DNA of 64,000 bases from Tubulanus polymorphus (lineage: Eukaryota > Animalia > Nemertea), in NCBI RefSeq assembly GCF_964204645.1, contig NC_134028.1, positions 13,129,263 through 13,193,262 on the forward strand. The letters run 5' to 3'. The notes below the pieces were generated by a model. That model saw nothing but the letters and a program-made list of their open reading frames with translations, did no database searches and was not told the origin of the DNA. Shown here one piece after another: positions 1 through 12,800 of this stretch. Numbering within the stretch: position 1 is the stretch's first letter; each line of letters begins with the position of its first letter. The position numbers and the translations under genes are program-made.

Positions 1-210
1 TTCAATAACTTTTCATGGGACCAATTTTTTGGTTGCTGGTCGTAGGTCGAGTTGTAGGTCAAAATCTGGATTAAAATACCTCCACCCAAATATCCCACAC
101 CCAGAATCCCTCCACCTAGAATACCCTCATGTGTTCAAAATACCCCAGGGCCTAAATCCGAATGGGTTTAATTGAGCAAAATAGATAGAAGATTATAAAA
201 AAGAAAACTA

Positions 211-417
211 ACTAGGGGTCCAGGGACACCATGCCCACTTGGGAAGTGGTTCCAAATGCTCAACAATCTAACAATTTCAATATTCAATGCCCCCTGGTGA
301 CCATATACAAAAACCAATGACCTTGAAACTGACCACAATCATAGAACATGTCACGAACAATAACTTTGTAATTGATCATGGTAACAAAATATGCATAGGT
401 CCCAAGTGGGCTAAAAA
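211..417. mobile_element. Short HINE/DINE-1-like (Helentron-associated) element with one internal repeat unit
   Basis: Starts ACTAGGGGTCCAGGGACACCATGCCCACTTGGGA and ends TCCCAAGTGGGCTAAAAA (inverted subterminal motif); same ends as 21581-22833 and 57481-58160. Confidence 0.65.
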
Positions 418-721
418 TCTGAAAAAATTAAAATTAATAACACAAATATCAAATGCTTTTATAATAGTCCATTTCAGTGGTACTTTGATGGAAGTATGTT
501 CTTTAATGCTGGACGGAGGTATTTTGGACACATATGAGGGTTTTCCAGGTTGAGGGATTCTAAATGTTGGTTTTTTGAGCATATCCCTTTAGTTTCATCA
601 AAGATAAAAACTACCCAAAGAAACTTGATGTTTCCTACAAATGAATACTCGTCCCGATGAGAAGTTATAAGAATATCAATCAGATGAGATAACATTAGAT
701 GATCAGAGTGAATTACATTAC

Positions 722-839
722 CTTGTATAAGCAGATGGCTGGGGAGCAATGTCTGGAGTGAAAATATCTCCTTGAGAATAAGTGTTCACATATGGATCAT
801 TGGCTGATGATGCTCCTGGATATTTATGAGAAAGGCCAC
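722..839 (-). CDS. SEC31: SEC31 exon ([17 protein letters not shown]...PSAYT)
   Basis: tctttttag acceptor, gtaatg donor, 118 nt, phase 1/2, open frame. Confidence 0.75.
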
Positions 840-1549
840 CTAAAAAGACAATTAGTCATTACTTTAAGTCCAAGATCACTTGAATTGTAATAATGCAGTG
901 AAATTTACTAATACACGTGTGCATAGCATATCATACATACAGATAAGATGAGGAACAAAGTATTATCATAGCCGTATTGAATATTTCCGAGAGCAAATGT
1001 GCACTTGCAATGCAGTTTTCTGAGTTGACCAATTTTATAATGTTAATGGATTAAATTTGTATTTCATGGATCATTTATAGGAGTACAAATATTATATTGG
1101 TTTATAATTTTCAAAATATCAAAGGAATAATTTTGTATTATATTTGGCTTTATTTGTCCAAACTTGGCGAGTGTAAATTAGCCAGGCACTGTATTTTATA
1201 ATTAGTTATTACTTGAATATCACTCATTGTACCCAAACCTGATTGTGTGTCTCTGAAAGAGATGAAAGTGATGATTGGACAAAGAAGGAAAATTAAAAGT
1301 CAGTATCCTAGTATGGCCTAGCTCCTAGCTGCCCGAACAGAAGCTTTTGGGAATTTGATAAGCTCTGAGATGCAATTTAAATCATAAGGCACATCGTTTT
1401 AGGTGGTTAATCCCCTTTAAGATTAAGAGTCTTTACCACTGTTTACAATTAATCATTGGGATCTGTTGTTAAATTACGGGATTAGTGCTCATTGTTTGCA
1501 TCTACGTGTTGAACGTATTTTGTATACATTGAATGCTGCGAGCCTATCA

Positions 1550-1609
<60 letters not shown>

Positions 1610-1613
1610 CCCA

Positions 1614-1669
<56 letters not shown>

Positions 1670-3720
1670 CACACAGTGTAGGCCTACTACATGCGGTTTT
1701 CTTTTCTCTTTTGATTTTTAACAATAGTTTACTTTGAAACATTTCCAAAATATTGGAAACTATTTTATCAACATCCTAAATTTGAATTGGTATATGAGTT
1801 GTAGCCTAACGTAAATTAGGCGACCTTGAACTATTAACATCGTAAGTTTACAGCGATATCTAAGGTGAAGCCGCTGTTCAAGTCGACCTATGCTTTTGAC
1901 TGATACACCGGAAAACATAGTAGTTATAGCGCACCGATGTCAAGTTGTGTAAGAATGTTGCCGAAGCAATCTCATACGTGCACGGATTGACTGAAATTCG
2001 AAAAAAGCTCACTTTTGAACCAACGACAAAGTTATAAAAATGATGCGAATGTACTTTTTCTTGATGCCATGTCTCGTGACAGTGATTGGGGAGAATCCTG
2101 GGAGACTTGACATTAATGTCCTTGGAATTAGATCCCTAGTGAATTGATTAATTCCTATTAAATAAATAACAAATACTGTGTATCTCCTCAAGCGATAATT
2201 TCATATTTTACTCGTTTATTTGCCTCTCCAGCTGTGTTGTACAGGGATGAAAACAGATGAATTTAAAAAAGTGGAAAAATTTGTAATATAAGTATCAGGC
2301 TAACTACTTCGGCCAAGCCAGTAGTCGCGAGCACCGAAGGTTCGAAGCCCCTAAAGGCCTGTTGGGGGACCTCCCCCAAGAAATTTTTAAATTTTTTTGT
2401 AAATGGATTACTAACTAAAATATCCACGACTTTACCTCTCTGATGTGAAATTAGGGTTGTGGTCCCTGCAGGTAAACCAGGTGCTACCATATGTTGCTGA
2501 CTGAATGATGTCCGAGTGCTTGAAGGTAAATTGTTGTATCCTCCAATATACAGAGGCTGAAAGCTTGACTGAGATGGTGAAGTAGTTGTTTGAAATGTGT
2601 TTCCAGCTTGTGACTACAAAACATGAATGAACAAAAAATAACAAATTGGATTAAATGAGCTGGTAACCTTCTTGACCCAATAATGTGATCGTCATTTAAT
2701 GGAAATTCCTGGATTACACTGATCTCGAACCAGGCTGTGCCTTTGTACTAAGTTTGAAACAAGAGCCCCATTGGACTCGATGTGGCAGCTTCATATTCAT
2801 ATCCAGTAATCATAAAAAAGAGGTCCATGGACCTTGAGACTTTGTCACGATAATCAGAAGTTCCAGTTTGGGAAAGGAACAAGTCCCATCTCAGCAGGCA
2901 GGCTCGATCAATGTAGCTAAATTTATCAACTACAATTGCCTTGCTTTTTCATTAACCCTAAATATAACAAATATACATGTTACCACTTGTGCTTAAATGT
3001 AATTTAGAATTCAAAACTGTCCCAATTTCCAAAGTTATGCTTGTTTTCCAGGCTTAATTTCTCCAAGATCTGCATGAGCTAAAACGTTACACTAGTAATT
3101 TCTTTGGGGGTTGATGTTTGATGCTCTATCCTACCATTCTAGTTTCAAACTGCACATCACTGAATACCTCTTAAAAAGCCGATGAATACCAACCATAGCA
3201 AAAACTCTACAGAGAAGGCGAAAAATCATAATTTTCCGGAGTAAAATTTGTACTTTTGAGGGATACTTACGTGGGGCATATTTTAGAAGTTACCTTAGTT
3301 TGGGAACTATACTGCTTAACATTTTTTGGAGTACCTGTATCGTACGGTTGTGCCGCCACAAGCCACATGACTCAATTTCTTCCGAAACTCCACGCAAAGA
3401 GCCGAGCGGGGAACCGGGCGGGAATATCCTGTGCCCCACAGAAATACAAATTTTACTCCGGAAAATTATGATATTTCCTTCAGGATACATTATGTGGGGC
3501 ACATTTTGGAAGGATTAGCTAAGCACCAGGCGGTGGGTAAGGCTCCCAAAAAATGTGTAAAGGCAAAAGCCTAAAAGCAGGTTCAACTAATGTATTAATT
3601 CACCCAGCAAATAGGACGAGGATGAAAAAACCCGAGCTAAACCTGGGCTACAAAGGCAAAAATGCACCTGGCTGAAGCGCACTGAATATATTATAAACAT
3701 GTATAAACATACATATACAC

Positions 3721-3819
<99 letters not shown>

Positions 3820-6800
3820 CAGGATATATATTCGTAAACAGATAAAACAAAACATGAAAATCATGTCGATAATATCTGCCGCACTGAGAGAGTGAGTCTC
3901 CTGGACGAGTTCCGATTGACAAATACTCTCGCCCAGCCGCTCACCAGCCGAGGAACTGACCCTGAGATGCCAGTCAAACCTCCTGATCCAGATAAAAAGG
4001 ATCCATCGGAGATAAAGACTGAAACACGGAATGAGGAACAAACCGCGAAACAGAATTCCGAGTGCCTGGGCAATAAAAACTGAGCCACACCTGACGAAAA
4101 AGGGAGAGATCGAAGCGTTGCGTCTTTAACTTCTAATTCCATATTTAGATTCCAAAACTTCAAATACTTAAAAACTAAAAATAGAGTTTTCATTACCTAC
4201 TTGGGCCTATCGCTGCTAAAATACACAGTAGACCTAAATATCTTTCAATAAAGGAAAGTTAAGGGTTTCCCACTGCCCCAGGAGCTCCTCCACAAAATCT
4301 TCAATAGAAGCGCCTGAAAAACCACCCACGAAGCAGCCATAGAAAACACTTAACGACTAGACCAACCACGTGTGTAGGATCGGACCTATCGACGAAAAAG
4401 GACCACTCGAATGAGATCAGACAATCAACGAGTGACGCTGTCGATGAATGCAAATTCAGAAATATGAACAACAGACCTCCCAAGATGAGACTTTCTGACG
4501 CAATTAATTGCTCAACCCCCGGGCCAGAAAACTAGCCTGCCCAGGGAGTTGAATGGACCCTATGGTTCAGTGCCTCCTCCTCCACACTCAACCAATCCCA
4601 ACTGCCGATTTACGGTGATTAAGTTGAGGTAGGGCGGAGAGTAAGAAAAGAACCGGGGCTGAAACGATCAGACCAGGCCGGTTATTCAAAGCATGGATTT
4701 CCGACCTCCTAGGCTGATACAGATGGGCCATACAGATGGGCCACGAGATACTTAAGCACCACCACGACAAGTCCCATTCAGGACGTCTCGAGGCACCTCC
4801 GGTCGAGCAACCGAAAAAGCGCTACCGGTTGGAGAATATGGTGCTTGGATAACAGGTTCAGAGTACCTGTTGCCCTAAAAGCATAGGCGATTGCGGCTGG
4901 TAACCGTTAAGGTTAGGAGCCATCTATAAAGTATGTACACATGGTCTAGCTAGGATCAGAGCCAGATCGTACGTAAAGCGCACAACAGGTGGCAGACAGC
5001 TATCAATCTGCACGCCCTGAGTGGACAAATTATGTCATATATACACATCACTCCGATCCTGGAAGAATGATAACAGTTCTGAATCAAATCACTGTGAGAC
5101 TGAACTGACTCTCTAACATCTAATCACCAATAAAAACCGTTGGTAAGATGTGAGTTAACATAATGGAGTCTAAGACTATATCATAAAACTGCAGTGATTC
5201 ACATTTATATGATATCTAAAGTATATACTCAAATAAATCCATAACTTTCCACCTACGGAAGGTAAGAGTGACTCTAAACCTTAAGGGAAGAGGAAAAGAA
5301 TTCAGCGAGCGAGGTGCCAGTGAGGGTGCACGGATCGTTCACTCGTTGACCACCCGAACCGGCTTAGAGCTTCCACGTGAAAACTTAATCCTGCCTGTGC
5401 TAGGGCACTGGATTAAGTGATGAAGGGGAAAACTGCAGACTGAAAACCCTACACTCATAGGAGACGCTCATCCAGGGTCGACTCAATAATCGGTTGAGCA
5501 ATAAAAGTGCCAGGTGCCTACAGAAAAGAGGGAATGAAGGGAGGGAATGAAGGCACACGCCGGAACACATGCCCAGAAGGCTGAGAAACCAACCCAATCA
5601 TGCCTGAGCTGGCCCCTGAGGCTTTTTCAAAACTATCCGGCAGGACGACGCTGGCTCTAATTGGCCGAGGACTGCTGTCCTTACTTGGCTGGGGTTGCAG
5701 ATACGCTAGGATTACATCTCAGCGGAACGAAATCGTCTTATCTTCCATGCCATCTGGTTGGAACGGGGACACAGACAGCGGGAAACCCTCGGATTGACAC
5801 CTCCGTGGAAGAGAAAATTAATTCACTAGGGATGGCCAAGGCCTGATGGGCTGTAGAGCAGCCCTGATATCCTTCATGCCTGCTAGTTTAACTACAGAGA
5901 TATAAATCCCTTCGAACTTGCACCAGGGGAGAATATCAGACTCTCGAGAGGAACGTCCACCCATCTTGATCCAAGACCGATCCAGGGAAGGGGTTGCTGT
6001 AGAACATCCCAACCCCTTGTCGATCGCACAGGGACTTGTCACGATTGATAATGGATGAGACCAATGATGGGGGTACCAGTATCCCTGCAACTGTATAATA
6101 AAATAACAAGGGTGGCAACAAATTGTCAATCTGACAATGACTTCTCCACTTCAATCGACTGTAATTCCAGAAATTCTCAACTGATTCACATGAAATAAGC
6201 TTTGATACAACCTAGAAGACTTTCTGCTTCCAACGAGCCTTTAATCACCACTCTACGACAATTATCTCACAACGAAATCTCCGTTTTTTTACGAGAGATA
6301 GCTCAAAATATGGAGGTCTACCGATTCTATGGTGGACAGCAAAATGGCCGTTTTGTTCACTTCAAACGATGATTTCTATGTGAGATCTTAGAGATAACCC
6401 CAACAAACCATACATTTTTTAAAACTACGCGGTCATACCTGTACGCTAATCTCATTTATTTGTATAATCCACGCGATGGGTGAGCTCACAAGCTCAAAAT
6501 CGAAAATGAGGACGAACACAGCGTTCAACTTGTCATCAACTGGGTGGCCATTAATCACGTGATATCGTTGTAACGGGCTAAATATTTCACGCGCATTGAT
6601 TGGCTTAGAGATTTCGAAAAAACATTAAAAAATTTATTAACAAAGTTCTGATAATTAATAAGATATCCGTATTATGAAAATATAGTGCAACATTCATCTG
6701 AGGGGTGGTATTATTAGCATATATTTCCTAGCCAATAGACGAACAACACATTATTATTCGAAAATGGAATTATTAAATTCGTGGAATCAGTTGTAAAGCT

Positions 6801-9800
6801 GAAAAAAGAAATACGGTTATGATTGGGTCAGGATAAAGACAAAGCAATAAGTAACCTGGCAGACTAGGTTGAGGCAAATGTATGATTCATCAGTGGAACA
6901 CTGACCGAGGCTCGGTATTGTAACCTAGGTCGGTTGACTTGCGCGGATTTATCTGCATACACTGACCGAGGCTACAATATTGTAACCTCGGTCGGTTTAC
7001 TGCATTATATTTGCAGTATTCACTAATCCAAGATTAAGATCAGTCAGTTAACTTGATCAGTTTTTGAAGTTATTGCTGGTCCGATATCAGTCGGTTGATT
7101 TGTAGTTTTGACTAACGAGGAATCCAAAAGTGTTTCACTCAAACGTCTCCTATCATTGAGGAATGACTTGAACAGTTAGGAATGTACATCGTACACATTC
7201 CAAATTAAGGGTTTAAAAGAAGTTTAAGTGTGAGCCTTACACTTATATTGTGCAATTGCCATGATTGATACGAAAACGTTCCTAGAATCGGATGACAATT
7301 TATATAGAATTGGACTCAGATGTGCATTGTTTTGGGGGTGTTCCGAACTTCGCTGAATAACTGAATCGTTGATTATTATATTAATTTCGCTGATTTGAAT
7401 ATACGCTGAATCCATGCACATTTTACATATTCTAAAGAAAATGTTTCATTTGACCGATTCATTGATAAATTTCATTACATATATTCTATAAAAATTCAGT
7501 TGGATTACGGTAACGAATGTATTTTGCGGAGAGCTGTAACGGCTTTCGGCTTACGTCATCGGCACTTCGATGTAGTCTCACGGCTTAAATAGTGATTCGC
7601 CCTGGGGACCCGAGTTTCAGATATGACAGAAAAATATACAAAAAATCGTGACGATTGTAAGTTGAGGCAACGATTGAAATGAACTCATTTGACTGCTGGA
7701 TGTAATCACAAATAACAAATAAATGACGCCAAAATAGTCTACCTTTCAATTCAGTTGGTTTTCCACAGTAGCTGTTTGAAAGAGTCTACTGCTGAAAAGT
7801 GACTGTTGTAAAACATCTGATGTGCTAGTGTGCTAGCATTTTGATAGTGTACACTGGCAGTAGATGTGACTGTAACCAACCGATTGTAAACAGCGACTTA
7901 GTGATAGTAACTCCTACCACAATAGCTACTCTCAAAACACATCGTTTCTAAGTCAACTAGTGAAAAATTGACCATTTTGAGATGGCACAGTAATTTCCTG
8001 TTCAAAATAGCCACATCTGTTAAAGATTTGCAGTGATACGTGACAGGGTCAAAGGTACTGTTAAACCCCATATGCTTTGTATACAGAACTCTGTATGCTT
8101 TGAATAAAGTTCTGTCAATAGAAATCCTAGTTTCTGAGTTGCTAAGAACTCCCTAAATTATATCACGCTCAACAAAATGGGAATAACCAATAGGAAAACT
8201 ATTGATTTCTATAACATCATTATGGATTCAATCCGTTAAAAACAAGTATTGTGCCAGATCTAATTTAGAATATTATGATTTTTGTTTTATATTTGCGATT
8301 ATAAAACATGCTGGTGCATTCATATTGTCATAAATCTTTGATTCTGTAGAAATGAATTTGTCTTTTTTGAATTTGGCTTCATTTGTCTTCAAGGATATAT
8401 GAGAGACGAAAATACAAATAAAATCATATGTTCATGAAATGGATTAAGTCTTTAGATCTCTTTACTTGGATGAAAGACTAAAAAAAATTTTCCCAAAAAT
8501 GTATCTAAAATACTTAGAATTAACCTACAATTATTGTTTATTTCGATACAATCAATTTTTAAGTAATCAATGTGATATTCACTTTGTCACGCTCTTCTCT
8601 GCTCGTTCGTTTATGAATATTGAACCCTTTAATGCTTGTTAGAATTGATACCTTAACCGAAATTTCATTTCATGGTTATACAGTTTGGTTGAACTTCTAA
8701 TATAAGATCAAAATAATAGTGCATTATATTATAATCTAATACCCATTACTCACTGAGGGTATTAAGATAAAATCCCACTATTTACAGATTAAAAGAATTT
8801 AAAAACAAGAATTTATTTATTAAATCTAAAATATTTAAAAGACACGACGTTTCGATCTCACCCTAGAGATCATCGTCAGGTGTGAGAAATAGACTTAAAA
8901 CAGGGGTATATATACAGAGGAGGACAGGTTAATTGAGTAAATTGGTGAGTGAGTAAATAATTAGTGTTTGGCAAGGCATGAAGTAATATACTTAGAAAGA
9001 AGGGAATTATGCGGATAAAAAGCCATTATTTAAATTGGTACTAATATCTGAGTGACGAGTAATTAGGGCAGACTCAACTATGAAGCATATGTCGCTATTT
9101 ATAACAGGGAATCTGGCAAGCGAATCCAAACTGAAAAGAAGACGCTTTTGGAGAGTGGCATGATCGCGGGGGGGGGGGGGGGGCAGACTTGAGATAAATG
9201 CCATTAAGTAATTCAGTAAAATGTTCCAGAATCTAGCGGTGGAAAGGGCCACAGGTGCATAAGGCACAAAAGGGGTGTGGTCTTTGAAGAATGAGATGCG
9301 TTTAGGTGCTTTCTGAGCACTTTCTTAGTTGAAATTAGGAATGGTATATGCTCACAATTTCAGGCATGTTTTATGCAAAAAGGATAATAACGATTACAAT
9401 AGATTCAATGAGGCTAAGATTATCTAATGTATAAAATGAAGGTTAAAATCTATCTAAGCCCACGAACTGTTGAAGAATTCCAGAATGTAACGCTATGCAG
9501 AAATACGAAAATAACGGTTTTAAACTGGTACCCTTTAACAGCAGGCGATGAAAAAAATTATGTTCAAGCGTCAGAAAAATGGATGAGGGCCTGGCCCCAT
9601 GTCTCTGTATTGTTCTCTGAATCCAAGAACATGTCCATCGCACATTTGAGCCTAAACATCTACTTTTACTTAGTAGCCACTTAAGATTTGCGGTGATACG
9701 TGACAACATGAACACATTGAGAAACTAGTGGAAAATTCTATACCCACGCTATAGTTTGGGGTATAGTTGTATTTTGAGTGACTCAGTTAAGCTCTGAAGA

Positions 9801-12800
9801 TAGTCTAACCAATAAAAATCGAGATTGGAGTAAGTTAGTTTACAAATTGTCATTGGTTATGGAGTTTTACGATGAATCGAAATTTCCTTCTTTTTATGGC
9901 GATATTAGTTTAATGCAGAATTCGATTTTAACAAATGCAGCTATTTCAAGCATGTCTGCATTCATATTTTGATTTAATTTCTTAAATTAGAAGCGTAATC
10001 ATAAATTCAGGCTAACCTCTCATTATTGAAATGGTGGTTTATTTTCAACGGGGGTCTGGATGTCTTTGCATCATAAATTTAGATGTGCATTTTGGAGTGT
10101 TCGAACCTCCCATTATTTTATATTAATTTCGCTGAAATGTTGATTTAAACAAGAAAATTAATTTTAGAAAATTATTTGACGCGTGGGGAAAAAATGTCGA
10201 ATTTCTGGGCTAAGCTAATGTGGAATTGCAAATTTGAAATCGAAGTTTTAAGAAATTTGGGGAATGATGAGATTTGGCGATTGGGTAGATGATACAGGTC
10301 TTCGACTCTAGTAGTGGTTTAAATTTTTTTATTGAAAATTCTCAATAATTGATCGCGAACTTGCGACCAACTTCATTTACTTATGCCTCCATGGATGAAG
10401 AAAGAGCTCTTCTGATGTCTGCTTCATCATGACTTCGAGCATATCGTGTGGCCTAGCCAGCCGGTCCACGGGTTTGGCTGTCACTCGATATCCTAGAGTC
10501 TTGAGTCTGGGTGGGTTGAAGTAGACATTGTCATTTAAAGTAACTCGCTTATGTTGTTCTGTATGAATTACCCGTGTGTCATGTATGTTGTATTAATTTA
10601 TTTTAAAATTTGTATTTATTGAATTTGGGAATTTTATCCCGGAATTTCAATGTAATAAGGATCAATAAATAATTGAATTGAATTGTCACCTAATACACAT
10701 GCCATCAGAGGACACGGAGCCGTATATGACAGCTATGCTATTATAAATTGCTAATCTCACGAAACTTGCATACTCCTAATATCAAACATATTTTCTAAAA
10801 CGTTTGAATATTGAAATTATATGTTTACACGTTTTTATATTGACCGCTTGTAGCCGCTGAAGAAATTCACGCTTGCCCTACTCAGATCGTAGATAGCTTC
10901 GTCATTTCACCGGCATGCCCACGTCAGGGTCTGACTTTTATATCAGACTTCCGCATCGTGTATACATCCGCCATTTAACCGAATAATCCGATTTACTTAT
11001 CATTTCTATTTATGCCTTCTATTTATGTCGCTTCTGATATAATCATACATCCTTTACTATTACAATACGTCTTCTAATGATATTCAATGCAATATAACAT
11101 TTCGACGTTCAAATATAGGTCATTATATAATCACAGGAAGCCATTCTACATCTATGTCAATAATATTTTGCCAGATAGCTTGTTTGTGTACACATAAACC
11201 TGTGACGTTTTGCACATCGATTTACGGCTGTCGTTTGTAAAATGACGCTGAATGGTTAGCATTGTTTAGGTTTCATAATGGTAACGTTTTATAAGGCGTC
11301 AAAAAAATTAAATATGCTGTATCTATAATAGATTTATGTGGATCTATCAATGCATTCTAAAGAAATCTTCCGAACTGAGGCCGAATTTAATAGAAATAAG
11401 AAATTTCGTATAGTATTCAGTATTCAAGATTTCATTTGGATTACGGTAACGGCCTTTGGTGATCTTCACCGTGAGGTCATGAATGAAGAAATACCGTAAT
11501 AGAACTCTCAATATGATAACATGTGTTGAGATGAAACCGCAACGTTTTGACTGTTGACTAACAGCCATCATCAGGTGGAATTTAGACATTCCAGTGATTT
11601 GAGCTTCAAGTCAGATGGCAGTCACTGAAAATCCGAACGTTGTTGCGGTTTAATTTTGATAATTAAATGTCATCGTATAAAATTTTATTGCAGAATTTCT
11701 TCATCTATCGGATTAGTGTTCTATTCGACTACTTCGGGTCATGTAGTCGTTTAGATAGAAAATTATTACTTGTCGCCACAGAAGGTATATGCAACCGTGT
11801 AAGTCGCTACGGGAGAGATTCTCTGTATATCAGCATCTAAAATCGGCACCTTTGTTGGTCCTAGCCTGCATTCACTTCCAATCTAACGAATTGGTAACGT
11901 TATTCTTACCATGAATGCCTTTTTGTCGTAGAATATGGTGCCACTGATATAAAAGTAGTTTTTATTCTACGGTAATTTGAGAAAATGAGTTATATTGGAA
12001 AAAAACTCATAAAGTACCTTAAAATTCAGCGATTCATTGGCGATTTCACACTAAACGCCACATAGTTGAGTCTGCCCTAATTACTCGTCACTCAGATATT
12101 AGTACCAATTTAAATAATGCCTTTTCTCCGCATAATTCCCTTCTTTCTAAGTATATTACTTCATGCCTTGCCAAACACTAATTATTTACTCACTCACCAA
12201 TTTACTCAATTAACCTGTCCTCCTCTGTATATATAACCCTGTTTTAAGTCTATTTCTCACACCTGACGATGATCTCTAGGGTGAGATCGAAACGTCGTGT
12301 CTTTTAAATATTTTAGATTTAATAAATAAATTCTTGTTTTTAAATTCTTTTAATCTGTAAATAGTGGGATTTTATCTTATTATCCGTTCACCACGTTTGA
12401 GTGTGGTCATCGTTCTATTATGTTACCCACGGATTTTAATTTGGCTTTGAAATTCTTATTCATAACTTTTCCTCATTTGATCTTTGCTTTTCGAAAATAC
12501 GAATCTGCTGCTTATAAAGCTCACAAATCCAAAGAAAACGTCATATTTCTTCAAAAATGTCTCCAAGAACAGGTTATTCCTAAATCTCTGAATTGGTTGA
12601 ATAAATTCAAATCAGATCAACCATTTTCCAATGAAGCAGCATCTCATCTAAGACATTGCATTTTGGAAGCAAAAGAAACTACCAACTCCAATTTCTATAA
12701 AATGCGTCAAGCAGAACGTTTTCTCAGACACCATATACCTGATGGTTTCCTTTGGCACTCTCTTCATTCAGGCATCAAGAATCTTTGCGCGGTACATCGT

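Noticed and set aside
1466-1748. ORFs with HART/CVRA repeats
   Set aside because: Translations of the (GCAC)n microsatellite
3587-4041. ORFs with YIYI runs
   Set aside because: Translations of the (TA)n microsatellite
3850-4800. Tyrosine recombinase ORF expected in the DIRS element
   Set aside because: Too decayed to identify the R-H-R-Y catalytic residues by eye, so not annotated
7742-7868. Candidate extra SEC31 exon (AG...GTGAG)
   Set aside because: Stops in all three frames, and it lies inside the TIR element
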